A stretch of DNA of 56,092 nucleotides. It comes from a virus. Lineage: Duplodnaviria; Caudoviricetes. The notes beneath the pieces were generated by a model. The model saw only the letters and a list, made by a program, of their open reading frames with translations. It was not told where the DNA came from and ran no database searches. Made by a program: the position numbers and the translations under genes. Below are positions 1-8,727 of this stretch, piece by piece. Location: IMG/VR virus record IMGVR_UViG_3300021959_000049, positions 1-56,092 of that record, one strand, 5' to 3'. The first letter of the stretch is position 1, and each line of letters begins with the position of its first letter.

Positions 1-126
1 TCTCCTTGACGGGCTCAGCCTTCTCGCCAGCACGACGACCACCACGCAGGACATTGTCGATCTCGCCACCATTACCGAAGTAGATGGAGCGGGCCTTGAT
101 CTCACCAATAGCGCCACGACCAAGGC
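1..126 (+). repeat. Terminal direct repeat, copy 1 (assembly overlap)
   Basis: 1-126 is identical to 55958-56083. Confidence 0.95.
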
Positions 127-373
127 GAGCGCTGATCTGCCCCCACGACATGCTGTGCTTGTCGCGCATTCGAACGATTGCCTTCTGTAGCGTCGCCGCT
201 GATGCCTCTGGGTCGATGAGGTCAGACTCTTCGACAGTTGCGCACTCGTGCAGGAAGATCGCCTTGCCGACAGTCATGCTGTTGGCTTCTGCGATCTCGG
301 CCCACTTGAGGCCATCCTTGCGGGACTTGACGATTCCCTTGACAAGGGGATCTTTGATGTTTACTGCTGCCAT
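1..373 (-). CDS. N-terminal part of a junction-spanning HTH-like DNA-binding protein (continues at 55957 down to 55719; about 203 aa)
   Basis: Manual translation: MAAVNIKDPLVKGIVKSRKDGLKWAEIAEANSMTVGKA...RMRDKHSMSWGQISARLGRGAIGEIKARSIY. RBS AGGAAGG and a promoter lie upstream. Missed by the ORF track because it crosses the contig end. Confidence 0.8.
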   Translation of the reverse strand, partial: MAAVNIKDPLVKGIVKSRKDGLKWAEIAEANSMTVGKAIFLHECATVEESDLIDPEASAATLQKAIVRMRDKHSMSWGQISARLGRGAIGEIKARSIYFGNGGEIDNVLRGGRRAGEKAEPVKE

Positions 374-412
374 TTCGGGCTGCCTTCCTACTATTGGATA
401 TTACGTCTGGTC

Positions 413-441
413 AGTATATCCCAGACTTGTGACTTACACAA
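413..441 (-). promoter_or_regulatory. SigA-type promoter
   Basis: Minus strand TTGTGT-N17-TATACT, about 40 bp upstream of the ATG at 373. Confidence 0.65.
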
Positions 442-916
442 TGTTGAGGAACTCATGCAGATCGATGAGTTCGAACTTGTCTCTACGGTTGCAGAACCAC
501 AGTAGTGGCCTGTCGTCTTCTTCTCGGTTGACCCACTCTTGAGCGAACCCAACAATGGCACCTTCGATTGATGGCCACACACTTCCGTCTGGAGTTAGGT
601 GATACTCGTGCGGACCTTCGTGACTAATGACCCAATCTTCCGGGTCGGGTTCGTGGTCAAACTCGTATCTATTGCACAACGATTCCCAAACAGTCATGAA
701 CGCGCTCTCAGCATCCAACGGATACGAAACTCGGGTCATTGGACCCTCGCCCTTGCAGTATTCGATGATGTGAACGTGCTCACCTTCAATGTAGAGACCT
801 GCCCAGCCTAGGCCAGTCATGTTTCCACAATGATCGTCAGGTTCGCGGCTGTAGTAAAGAGTCTGGGTGATCAGACCGTTGAATTTCAATGGTGTCCTTG
901 CTGTACCTTCGCCCAT
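434..916 (-). CDS. Hypothetical protein
   Basis: 160-aa ORF in the leftward early operon. Confidence 0.7.
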   Translation of the reverse strand: MGEGTARTPLKFNGLITQTLYYSREPDDHCGNMTGLGWAGLYIEGEHVHIIEYCKGEGPMTRVSYPLDAESAFMTVWESLCNRYEFDHEPDPEDWVISHEGPHEYHLTPDGSVWPSIEGAIVGFAQEWVNREEDDRPLLWFCNRRDKFELIDLHEFLNIV

Positions 917-1224
917 CGGCGTAGCTCCCTCATGGTATCTGTATAGTTCTTAGATGTTGGACTGTCCCGCAGTGGCGGGAGTCCCAGTATACGCCGCACG
1001 GTCACGAGAAGCTCGTTGCGAATCCCGTGTACCGTGAGGCCGAACTGCTCTCGTTTCAGTTGCCGCAAGATCACGTCAACTGCTGCGAGATCAAGGGTCG
1101 AGAACCCAGGCGCATTGTCCTTCAACGTCCCAATGTCGGGGTCCAGGTGGCGGGAAGCTATTACTTCTTCCTCGTCGTTTGCACCCTGGCCATTCGCACT
1201 CGTCACTGAGATCTCTTCCGTCAT
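886..1224 (-). CDS. Hypothetical protein
   Basis: 112-aa ORF, co-oriented with and overlapping its neighbour. Confidence 0.6.
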   Translation of the reverse strand: MTEEISVTSANGQGANDEEEVIASRHLDPDIGTLKDNAPGFSTLDLAAVDVILRQLKREQFGLTVHGIRNELLVTVRRILGLPPLRDSPTSKNYTDTMRELRRWAKVQQGHH

Positions 1225-1373
1225 AGACGATTCGTCGCTTGACGACTCCTACGACTGAAGATGGTAGCTCTCGCTGCAAGAAGCAGCAATGTTCACAGTG
1301 CAACTGAAGGGGCGGGCCACTCTGCTTGACTGACTTGATCTGGTTGAGCTCTCCGCAGTTGTTGCAGTAGAAT

Positions 1374-1631
1374 CTAGGACCTGAAATGCTCCACCTCCTG
1401 AATCGTCTCTGAGATCTCTGCAGAGGTGGCATCTTCGCCTAGGTGGTCAATGATGTCTTCCATAGCTGCGTCTAGGAAGTCCTCGAGGGCTTCAGCAGCA
1501 CCGCAGTTGCTACAGATCTCAGTCTCGTTGTCCTTGCGGGAAAGGGCTCCGGGATACAGACCCCGGCACTCGTCGTTGGGAATGCCGCCACCGCATCGGG
1601 GGCACTTGTGGGGAAACCTACTCATCTTCAA
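1374..1631 (-). CDS. Small zinc-finger protein
   Basis: CPRC...YPGALSRKDNETEICSNC, a CxxC/CxxC type common in phages. Confidence 0.75.
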   Translation of the reverse strand: MKMSRFPHKCPRCGGGIPNDECRGLYPGALSRKDNETEICSNCGAAEALEDFLDAAMEDIIDHLGEDATSAEISETIQEVEHFRS

Positions 1632-1791
1632 TGTCTTCCTCGTCGATTACTTCTGCAAAGGGCTGGAAATGTTCCAGGGCCATGTCGAACAGTTCATGCT
1701 CGTCAGGCTCTTCGTAATCTACGACTTCTGTCGTGCCAAAGTCACCGACGAAGTCGCAGGTGAACTTGATGGTGTACCGCTTCTTACTCAT
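1618..1791 (-). CDS. Small acidic protein, 57 aa (paralog of 1784-1963)
   Basis: Manual translation MSKKRYTIKFTCDFVGDFGTTEVVDYEEPDEHELFDMALEHFQPFAEVIDEEDIEDE. Below the ORF-track cutoff; overlaps both neighbours. Confidence 0.75.
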   Translation of the reverse strand: MSKKRYTIKFTCDFVGDFGTTEVVDYEEPDEHELFDMALEHFQPFAEVIDEEDIEDE

Positions 1792-1963
1792 CTACGTCAC
1801 CGTCGACTTCCTCTACGACATGCGCCATAGGTGAGAAGTGAAACATTGCAAGCTCTTCGAGCAGCCAGTCATCTGGCGGGTTGCCGTCGGGGGTCTCGAC
1901 CACTTCTGTTCCGTAGTGACCAAGGAAGTTGCAGGTGTATTCGATTAGCCATTTCTTAGCCAT
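1784..1963 (-). CDS. Small acidic protein, 59 aa (paralog of 1618-1791)
   Basis: Manual translation MAKKWLIEYTCNFLGHYGTEVVETPDGNPPDDWLLEELAMFHFSPMAHVVEEVDGDVDE. RBS AGGAAAG. Confidence 0.75.
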   Translation of the reverse strand: MAKKWLIEYTCNFLGHYGTEVVETPDGNPPDDWLLEELAMFHFSPMAHVVEEVDGDVDE

Positions 1964-1979
1964 TTTACTTTCCTATTCT

Positions 1980-2105
1980 CTAGAGACTCAGATCGATCCA
2001 CAGGGCCAGGACTAGCAGACCTAGTTCCCAACCCAGGAGGCCGAACATCAGGACGATTGCTGCGTCAGGCGCGATATCTGCTACCTGACTAAGGAACTTG
2101 ATCAC
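1980..2105 (-). CDS. Small membrane protein, 41 aa
   Basis: GTG start overlaps the upstream stop (GTGA). Hydrophobic stretch AAIVLMFGLLGWELGLLVLALWI. Confidence 0.5.
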   Translation of the reverse strand: MIKFLSQVADIAPDAAIVLMFGLLGWELGLLVLALWIDLSL

Positions 2106-2293
2106 TTCAGCAGACCTTTCTCCTCAATCCAGTTCTCAATCAAGTCCTGAATGATCTTGTTACGGCTGATCTGGTTGCGATGCGCATAGTCATCTAGCGG
2201 GTCCATCATGAACCGTGGCATACGCACCTGAAACTTCAGGCGGTCTTCCCACTGCTCGCGGGTCTTCGGTGCTGGGTACGTCTTCTTGCTCAT
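2102..2293 (-). CDS. Ribbon-helix-helix (Arc/CopG-like) DNA-binding protein
   Basis: KFQVRMP beta-strand followed by LDDYAHRNQISRNKIIQDLI, the typical RHH pattern. Confidence 0.75.
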   Translation of the reverse strand: MSKKTYPAPKTREQWEDRLKFQVRMPRFMMDPLDDYAHRNQISRNKIIQDLIENWIEEKGLLK

Positions 2294-2529
2294 TGTGTGT
2301 CACCCTCCTCGGGAAACAGGTTGTTGTATTCATCGTCCACTTCGTGGAACTTGTGTTGGTAGAAGTTCGGGTCTTGCATGGGGTCAATGATGATGCCGGA
2401 CCGCTCAAGATCTTTGAGTCGCTTAGCTTGACTTCTGTCACTGCAAACCCAGATCAAAAGCAAGCCCAGCATCATCAGAACGACCACAAAGCCCGTTCCG
2501 ATGATTGCTGGGATCACTAGGTTGTTCAT
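2290..2529 (-). CDS. Membrane-anchored hypothetical protein
   Basis: N-terminal TM helix; ATGA overlaps with neighbours. Confidence 0.7.
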   Translation of the reverse strand: MNNLVIPAIIGTGFVVVLMMLGLLLIWVCSDRSQAKRLKDLERSGIIIDPMQDPNFYQHKFHEVDDEYNNLFPEEGDTQ

Positions 2530-3047
2530 CTGACTGCTGTTCTCACATAGTCAACTTCGGGGCGAGCTGCCACTCGCTCAAGGTGCTTCAGGCAAAGATG
2601 CACACGCTCGTCTTGGCGATCATCTCGGTATCGGATCTCCGTGATGCGACCAGGCTGAGAACAAGAGTTCTGAAAGCAGTCGCTGAAGATGTTCAGGGAA
2701 AGGTCGCGCTCTGGAGTCACGGGGAACTTGATCCTGCCAGTAATGATGCCGAAGTAGCAGTCATCACAGAACAACAGGTCGAAACCGTAATCCTTGTGAG
2801 CCCAGACCATCTCCCAATGCGAACGGTCGTAGCCGGTGTCTTCGTCTACCTTGAGAACGGGTCCGACTCCTGCGTTGCATTCGCTGCAATGGTAGTGATC
2901 CATGTAGGGCAACGGACCATCTTCGTAAGGTCCAGAAGCCTGTGGGACTTCATTCCAGCCGACCGCAGCAGGCAGGTACTCGATCCAGGGTTTGCTCTTG
3001 GCACGAATGGCCTGCAAGCGCTCCCGAAGAGTCGGGTTTCTGGTCAC
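2526..3047 (-). CDS. Cys-rich hypothetical protein (putative Zn-binding)
   Basis: CSEC, CDDC, CxxxC and CLKH motifs; 4-bp overlaps with neighbours. Confidence 0.7.
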   Translation of the reverse strand: MTRNPTLRERLQAIRAKSKPWIEYLPAAVGWNEVPQASGPYEDGPLPYMDHYHCSECNAGVGPVLKVDEDTGYDRSHWEMVWAHKDYGFDLLFCDDCYFGIITGRIKFPVTPERDLSLNIFSDCFQNSCSQPGRITEIRYRDDRQDERVHLCLKHLERVAARPEVDYVRTAVR

Positions 3048-3220
3048 ATTGACCTCCTCTCGGCAACGATCTTGCCGACCTCACGGATGAACACGAGCGG
3101 GTACTTGTCCCGATCGAACATGATGTTCATGGTGTGCTCGGCTTGTTCGATGTTGGGCAGGATCTGCCAGTCGGCGGCATCCATGCCGTCATGGGCGATC
3201 ACTATGTAACGCTGACTCAT
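3044..3220 (-). CDS. Hypothetical protein
   Basis: MSQRYIVIAHDG...; start coupled to the upstream stop. Confidence 0.6.
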   Translation of the reverse strand: MSQRYIVIAHDGMDAADWQILPNIEQAEHTMNIMFDRDKYPLVFIREVGKIVAERRSM

Positions 3221-3669
3221 CAGAACAACTCCGAGTTTTCCATGTGCCACTTCAGCGTGCGGATGTCACGCTCGTCCAGGCCAGCCTGAATGAAGTCCTC
3301 GCCGAAAGTGCTGCACACCAGCACCGTGCCGAACATCACGGCTGGCTCCTTGTTGGTCAGAAGGTAGACCAGCTCCATGAACCGTGTGTTGGGCAGGTCT
3401 TTCTGGTTGTAGAGCGCCTCGTCGTCGTAGATCATCGCAAAGTCTTTGTCGATGTACGCGAACTGGATCGTGCTGACGTTTCCGTACGACGGCATGATGA
3501 TCTCAGGCTCGTACGTGCTATCAGTGAACACAGGCTTGGAGCTGATCAAGTTGCGCCAGCCGTCAAGATCTGGCTCGGTGATCATCTCGATCAGGTGGAT
3601 CGGGCCAAGGTTGTCCGGTGGAACCTTGAGCATCTTGCAAGGGGTCGGGAACGTCTTGCGTTCATTCAT
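3220..3669 (-). CDS. Hypothetical protein (DUF3846-like)
   Basis: DDEALY...PN...FGTVLV...GL pattern; preceded by GAGAAAGGCAA. Confidence 0.7.
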   Translation of the reverse strand: MNERKTFPTPCKMLKVPPDNLGPIHLIEMITEPDLDGWRNLISSKPVFTDSTYEPEIIMPSYGNVSTIQFAYIDKDFAMIYDDEALYNQKDLPNTRFMELVYLLTNKEPAVMFGTVLVCSTFGEDFIQAGLDERDIRTLKWHMENSELF

Positions 3670-3756
3670 TGGTCATTGCCTTTCTCTCGGAAATTTTGAT
3701 GTAGCGATCAAGTGCTGCGTATGCGATCGCATAGGCAGCGAGCTTCATGAGTGAGG

Positions 3757-4053
3757 TCACTTGATCTTGGCGAAGACGTCGGATGCGTCTTGGGTGAAGT
3801 AGTTGTCATTGTTCGTCAGCAGGGTCTGCACGACGGGTTCGCCGACGGCGTCTTCGTGCATCACGCCCAAGCAGCGATCGGCGTCGTCGGAGTCGAAGAT
3901 GCCAAGGGCTGTTCGGCTGTCCATGACCTTGCCGGTCACGGAACACGTGATCAGCTTCTCGACACGCATCGCAATGTCGAGCGCACGGTCGGCTTCGTCG
4001 GTGGTGATTCGGTGCTGCATGGCAGCGTCGATGATCATCTGGGTGGTGTTCAT
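3757..4053 (-). CDS. Hypothetical protein
   Basis: 98 aa; RBS AGAAAG upstream. Confidence 0.75.
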   Translation of the reverse strand: MNTTQMIIDAAMQHRITTDEADRALDIAMRVEKLITCSVTGKVMDSRTALGIFDSDDADRCLGVMHEDAVGEPVVQTLLTNNDNYFTQDASDVFAKIK

Positions 4054-4065
4054 TGTTGTTGCTTT

Positions 4066-4977
4066 CTACTGGTTGATAGATGTCTGGCCGAGATTGGCTC
4101 GGCGTCCTTGAGCCTTACCGGCTCGGTACGCACCACCGTTGAGGTTCCGGTAGCGAGTCTTGGCGATCGACTTGGTCTTGGTCGATGTCACTTCAGTTGG
4201 CTTCGGCGTCGGGTAGCGCTCCTCGAAGAACTCGTCAAGCGCGTTCTTACGGTCGACGAGAACCAAGCCGACCTCCTCGCCCTCGTCGCGTGAGTTACGC
4301 AGGTCACGAAGTCGTGTGGAGATCTCGTTCACGTAGCCGCTGCCGAAGTCACGGCGATAGTAGCGCAGTGAACTGCTGACTTGGCGATCGATGCCGTTGG
4401 CGTCTGCCCACTTCTTGTAGACATTCGTCCAGCGCACGCCATGCTTGCGTTCCCACGGGTGATCCATGTATTCGAGCCCGAGTGCTTTCAGGCGCTTGAG
4501 CCAGATGTCTTTCCAGGTGTAGCCTGACGACTTGAAGGCGTGCAGGTTTTCACCCTCGTCGAGATCTTCGCGCCACACGGGACTCATGTTCGCAAGAATG
4601 TCGACGTACAGCGAAGTGAACAAGATCTCGAGAAAGTCTAGATCCTGAGGCCAGCCGACGCAGAGCCGCTGCAAGCGGTCCTTCTGGTGCGTGAACGGAG
4701 CTGGCCTGACGCCGATGTGCATCGCAAGCGTACTGAACAGCGAATACAGGTTGTCGTTGAAGTCGAAGTCGTACTCGACTAGCGGGAACGAGATGTTCCG
4801 TAGCTCAGGTTCGCGACCCTTGCCGTCCTCCAACGCTTCGAGCATAAACAGCTCGATCGTGTGCTTGCGCATGAGTTCCTCAGCCTTGTTGAAGAAGATG
4901 TCTTTCTCATGCGGGTTCTTGGTGTTGTTCGCTTTGTCAAGCAGACCCTTGACTTTGCGAAGTATCTTGTCTTCCAC
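4066..4977 (-). CDS. DUF2786-domain protein
   Basis: N-terminus KILRKVKGLLDKA...PHE...KAEELMRKH and C-terminus AYRAGKAQGRRANL are typical of the family. GTG start follows GAAAGGCAA. Confidence 0.85.
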   Translation of the reverse strand: MEDKILRKVKGLLDKANNTKNPHEKDIFFNKAEELMRKHTIELFMLEALEDGKGREPELRNISFPLVEYDFDFNDNLYSLFSTLAMHIGVRPAPFTHQKDRLQRLCVGWPQDLDFLEILFTSLYVDILANMSPVWREDLDEGENLHAFKSSGYTWKDIWLKRLKALGLEYMDHPWERKHGVRWTNVYKKWADANGIDRQVSSSLRYYRRDFGSGYVNEISTRLRDLRNSRDEGEEVGLVLVDRKNALDEFFEERYPTPKPTEVTSTKTKSIAKTRYRNLNGGAYRAGKAQGRRANLGQTSINQ

Positions 4978-5015
4978 CTCATTGCCTTTCGTAGATGGTA
5001 GCTGGTAGATATACG

Positions 5016-5044
5016 AGTATACCACAATGCGCCACGTTGCGCAA
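5016..5044 (-). promoter_or_regulatory. SigA-type promoter (extended -10)
   Basis: TTGCGC-N17-TATACT with TGTGG immediately before the -10. Confidence 0.7.
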
Positions 5045-5051
5045 ACGTGGT

Positions 5052-5429
5052 TCAGTCCTCTTCGTCGTGATGTGGATACGCTCTCGATGGCATGGTTCCT
5101 ACTGCCTTCTGGCATTCTGGCGGGAAGTCACAGTCGGACTGATCGCACGATGGGCACGAAGCCGGATCGTAGTCAATTCCTGCAACACCTTCTGCATAAG
5201 CCTGCTCGATTTGCAGATCCACTAGGTGAAGGTAGCTCAGCTCGATCCAATAGGTGTCGTCGCCATCTTCAATCTCAAACAGATTCACGTTGTTGTTTCG
5301 AAGGTAGTATCCGGTGATGCCATCCATTTCGAAACCGGCAAGATCTGCGATGCGCACAGCCAGCTCAATCTCGAAGCGGCTCATCTTTTCGACGGGCACC
5401 ATTCTTGAGTTGATCATCTTCTGCCTCAT
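5052..5429 (-). CDS. Hypothetical protein
   Basis: ATG overlaps the upstream stop; C-terminal Cys cluster. Confidence 0.65.
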   Translation of the reverse strand: MRQKMINSRMVPVEKMSRFEIELAVRIADLAGFEMDGITGYYLRNNNVNLFEIEDGDDTYWIELSYLHLVDLQIEQAYAEGVAGIDYDPASCPSCDQSDCDFPPECQKAVGTMPSRAYPHHDEED

Positions 5430-5935
5430 GCGAGTGACCAGTTCTTGTCTGGATCGTGCAATCGAAGGCACTCGTGATGCGCGTAGGCGGTTCGGTCGGC
5501 TGCTGGGTGAGCGATCTCGCACATGTCCGGATCGGCATCGGGCAGCCAGCGTTCGGAGTAGTTGCCCGTGTCTGGAACCCAGCCTTCACGCACCTCCAGC
5601 GTGCTGTGACAGAAGTGGCAGAGGATGATGCCACGTTCTTCCATCTCTCGCAGCTCGTCTTCGCTGAAGAACGCGCCATCGGGACCGACGTAGTATTCGA
5701 GCGACCAGTCGTGCGACTCGTTCTGATACCAGACCACACCGATTCGGGTGAAGCGCATGTAGGAGTCGAACTTGTCCATCCAGAGCTTGGTTCCACCGTC
5801 ACCGATGGTGATCCGGAACGACTTGCCATCGGCTCGCCCTGCGTTCTCTAGCATGACGTGCTCTGCCAGGTTCAGCATCTGGCGCTGTTGGATCATCGAG
5901 TGATCCGCTGAGTATTGAATCAATGGTTGTTTCAT
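5426..5935 (-). CDS. Hypothetical protein
   Basis: Start MKQPLIQ follows RBS GGATAGGA; C-terminal CHFC motif. Confidence 0.7.
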   Translation of the reverse strand: MKQPLIQYSADHSMIQQRQMLNLAEHVMLENAGRADGKSFRITIGDGGTKLWMDKFDSYMRFTRIGVVWYQNESHDWSLEYYVGPDGAFFSEDELREMEERGIILCHFCHSTLEVREGWVPDTGNYSERWLPDADPDMCEIAHPAADRTAYAHHECLRLHDPDKNWSLA

Positions 5936-5940
5936 ATTTC

Positions 5941-6429
5941 CTATCCTTGGTAGAAGGTCTGGTCGTCCATGTTCGGCCACCAGTAGCTTGGCTCCTGATC
6001 GGGCGCAGGACACGGCTCGTCGAAGAACGGATCGTAGTGGTCGGGCAGCTTCCACATCAGCTTGAGCCGATGCGACTCGTGGAACTTGGGTTCGCCGAGC
6101 CACCACGGATCTTCGGCGGCAAAGCTGAAGCGACCCTGGTGCTGCAAGATGGCGTCGAATCGGTGCAGCCACTCGCTGCACTTCGTGTTGTCGTAGCCGC
6201 GACGTTCCCACTCGTCGCACATCGCGGAAACGTACCAGAACAACGAGGGTTCGTAGCCACGCCACATTCGTGTGGCTGGGTGGTTGGACCAGCCGGAAGG
6301 CGACTGGGGATCGGGATCAAGAAGCGCGTTCATGATCTGGACACCTTCGACTCGTTGTTTGCCGAGCCGTTGGCGATCAAGCACTGCTGCACTTTCGAAG
6401 AAGTCAGCGTGCGGGAGGAAGGTTTGCAT
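5941..6429 (-). CDS. Pyrimidine-dimer DNA glycosylase/endonuclease V-like protein (MSMEG_6728 family)
   Basis: MQTFLP...LDRQRLGKQRVE...HPATRMWRGY...EWERRGY...PWWLG...HESHR...YWWP signature. Confidence 0.9.
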   Translation of the reverse strand: MQTFLPHADFFESAAVLDRQRLGKQRVEGVQIMNALLDPDPQSPSGWSNHPATRMWRGYEPSLFWYVSAMCDEWERRGYDNTKCSEWLHRFDAILQHQGRFSFAAEDPWWLGEPKFHESHRLKLMWKLPDHYDPFFDEPCPAPDQEPSYWWPNMDDQTFYQG

Positions 6430-6464
6430 TGATAGGTTCCTAACTATTAGCGGAGGGGAAACAG

Positions 6465-6494
6465 AGTATAGCACATTGACGCAATGTGCCGCAA
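6465..6494 (-). promoter_or_regulatory. SigA-type promoter with internal palindromic operator
   Basis: TTGCGG-N18-TATACT; the spacer holds GCACATTG-N3-CAATGTGC (6471-6489). Confidence 0.7.
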
Positions 6495-6598
6495 GTCGTG
6501 AACCGAGCCACTTCTGCTAGAGCGAACTCGGTCGAAATAAAATCTGCGACTAGAACTTTTGACGAAAGCAGTTCTGTCACAGCGAACGTAGGGCATAG

Positions 6599-6631
6599 AA
6601 CGACCCCGGCCCAGAACGAACCGGGGTCGTT
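6599..6631 (-). terminator. Intrinsic terminator hairpin
   Basis: AACGACCCCGG...CCGGGGTCGTT just downstream of the 6659 stop. Confidence 0.75.
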
Positions 6632-6658
6632 GAATAGACGAAGTTGGCGCTGCGTTCG

Positions 6659-7042
6659 CTAGCAGCCTGCTCGGCGTTCTGCGTCACGCTCCAGTTCATA
6701 CTGGAGCCGATCGTCGAGAGCCTGCTCGAGCAGTTCGATGCTGCGGGTTCGGACGTTGTGGTCCGGGTAGCGAACTACCTTGTTTCCACGGCATTCTGGG
6801 CAGGGCTTGTCGAACGCACCTTCCATGACTGAGTTGTGAAGATCGGGATCTTCGTCAAAGTCTTGAGGGTACAGAACGATGCCGTCCCAGGTGATTCCGC
6901 TGCCTTCGCAGTCGCGGCAGACATCCGTGAGAAGGTGGATCTCCTCGAGGTGGAAGTCAGACTCGGGATCTGTTCGCAGCAACTGGATGGAGTCGAAGAC
7001 CGGCCAGGCGATGGGAATCATCAGGTTGTTGAAGTGGGTCAT
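6659..7042 (-). CDS. Hypothetical protein with DnaJ-like CxxCxG motifs
   Basis: VCRDCEGSG...PCPECRGNKVV; ATG follows AGAAAGGCAA. Confidence 0.8.
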   Translation of the reverse strand: MTHFNNLMIPIAWPVFDSIQLLRTDPESDFHLEEIHLLTDVCRDCEGSGITWDGIVLYPQDFDEDPDLHNSVMEGAFDKPCPECRGNKVVRYPDHNVRTRSIELLEQALDDRLQYELERDAERRAGC

Positions 7043-7058
7043 GTTTGCCTTTCTTGGC

Positions 7059-7535
7059 TCAGTACGAGCCGTCGAGAACGTGGTCCGGGAGGTTGGCGAA
7101 CTGGTCTTCGCCGCTGAGTGCGTCGTGTTCGGCGACCCAGGCGTCGTACCGACGATAGATCCAGTCGGCATCGTCGGCGTCTTCGGCCCAGCGGGTCGCT
7201 TCGGCGAGGTACGACATGGCTGCACGAAGGTCGCGAGGAGCAACATTGTCACAGATCCGGGTCGTCTCGTTCAGGACCTTGTTGAAACCATCGCTGGTGT
7301 TTTCGGTCCATCGGGGCTGACCCTCGTCGGTGCGAATGTCATGAAGCTTCGTCAGAAGCATCATGTCCTTGACCTTGGCGTTCATGTCGCGAACCCAGGC
7401 ACGCTTGGCCCAGACGAACGCGTCGTTCGGGCTGACTTCTTGCGTGCCCATCTCGCAGTCGTGGCACATGTAGTCGATCCCGCATCCACCGACGTAGACG
7501 CCATGGATGCAGTTCGGGAACGGATGTTGATTCAT
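7059..7535 (-). CDS. Hypothetical protein
   Basis: CIHGVYVGGCGIDYMCHDCE N-terminus; GAAAGGCAAC upstream. Confidence 0.8.
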   Translation of the reverse strand: MNQHPFPNCIHGVYVGGCGIDYMCHDCEMGTQEVSPNDAFVWAKRAWVRDMNAKVKDMMLLTKLHDIRTDEGQPRWTENTSDGFNKVLNETTRICDNVAPRDLRAAMSYLAEATRWAEDADDADWIYRRYDAWVAEHDALSGEDQFANLPDHVLDGSY

Positions 7536-7663
7536 TGGAAGTTGCCTTTCCTAGTGGTAGACCCGGAGGTGGATCTACTCCAAAGGATCCAGGGCAAGGA
7601 GGAAACCCTGGATCCAATGGGCTAGATCCAACTAGCAGGATGGTTCAGTTGTGCATGTTCACC

Positions 7664-7969
7664 TCACTTGATCAACACGACGGGGAAGTACGTGGGGACG
7701 TCCCGGTCGATCGTGCGGAACCACGGCTCGGCGTAGTTCTCGCGAGGAACTCGGACAACGCCAGCAAGGGAGCTGATGGAGTTCGGTGGGTCGATCTCGC
7801 GGATTTCTTGGGCAGTCGGACGGTCGATCTCAACAACGAGATCGTCGTCGCTGTTTTCAAGCCACGCGAAATCATCGAGGCGATCGTTGTTCATAACGAC
7901 TGCTGCAATGTGAAGCAAGTGCAGCTTCTCGCTAGGGAAGCAGCCATGCGTATTGATGTTGATCTTCAT
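7664..7969 (-). CDS. Hypothetical protein
   Basis: ATG follows AGAAAGGCAA. Confidence 0.7.
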   Translation of the reverse strand: MKININTHGCFPSEKLHLLHIAAVVMNNDRLDDFAWLENSDDDLVVEIDRPTAQEIREIDPPNSISSLAGVVRVPRENYAEPWFRTIDRDVPTYFPVVLIK

Positions 7970-8044
7970 TATTGCCTTTCTAGTACCTGCGGTACTCGAA
8001 AGCGCACCGCCCCCTGAGGAACAGGCGATGCGCAATCGGCTACA

Positions 8045-8239
8045 TCAGGTAGCTGGGGGAACCGTCACCGCAGATTCGTAGCTTTCGTCTGCGTCTTGCT
8101 GGATCAGCCAGTCGCAGCCTGCCTGGTGATCCATCTCGTGGGTCCGCGATCCCGGCATGTATTTCCAGGTCGCACCACAAGCGAAGCACGGAGCGTAGAA
8201 GCTGAGGTGGTGGGGTGGTTCAAAGTGTTCGTCGAACAC
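8045..8239 (-). CDS. Small Cys/His protein
   Basis: GTG follows AGAAAGGCAAC; CFAC...HQAGC. Confidence 0.65.
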   Translation of the reverse strand: MFDEHFEPPHHLSFYAPCFACGATWKYMPGSRTHEMDHQAGCDWLIQQDADESYESAVTVPPAT

Positions 8240-8256
8240 GGTGGTTGCCTTTCTTG

Positions 8257-8472
8257 TTAGGCGCAACTGCCGTTCGGGCAGTCAGGCCAGATGGAGAATA
8301 CTACGAACAAGGCTGCAAATATCACGATCGTGTAGATCCAGCCTCGAAGTTTGGGGTTGTCGTAGAACAAGGTTCTCTCCTTAGTTGCCTTGGGTGCTGG
8401 AAGCACCCGGAACCAGACTGCCAGCACGGCAGCATGGAACCGGCTGTTGCCAGCAGGCAATGTCAGAACCAA
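8257..8472 (-). CDS. Small membrane protein (start uncertain)
   Basis: C-terminal TM segment WIYTIVIFAALFVVFSIW; lies downstream of the promoter at 8548. Confidence 0.45.
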   Translation of the reverse strand: MVLTLPAGNSRFHAAVLAVWFRVLPAPKATKERTLFYDNPKLRGWIYTIVIFAALFVVFSIWPDCPNGSCA

Positions 8473-8547
8473 CTTCGTCTATTCAGTTTTCAAGTATCAA
8501 AGCCGCTGCGTTCGGGTGGTTCCAGCGGGGCTATGTGCGCCACTGAG

Positions 8548-8576
8548 AGTATACCGCACTGGGGCACGTTGCGCCA
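8548..8576 (-). promoter_or_regulatory. SigA-type promoter
   Basis: TGGCGC-N17-TATACT; shares GCGCAACGTG with the 5016-5044 promoter. Confidence 0.6.
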
Positions 8577-8727
8577 GTCACTTGAAGGGCGGGATGCTTC
8601 TGTAAAATTTCACGGGTTCGGGAGTTCCCCTGGGGCACAATGGGGCTTCGGCCTATAGGGAGGGGTTCCATAATTCATGAGAGGAGGAGGTCCAGGGTTC
8701 CACCGAGATATCCGGGGGATCCCCCTC

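Noticed and set aside
1-126. 126-bp terminal repeat as a biological direct terminal repeat
   Set aside because: It falls in the middle of a gene and its length is typical of an assembler k-mer overlap. It indicates circularity only.
1091-1432. ORF with CNNC/CEHC motifs
   Set aside because: It may be a real Zn-ribbon gene filling 1225-1373, but it overlaps 886-1224 heavily and has no clear start, so I did not call it.
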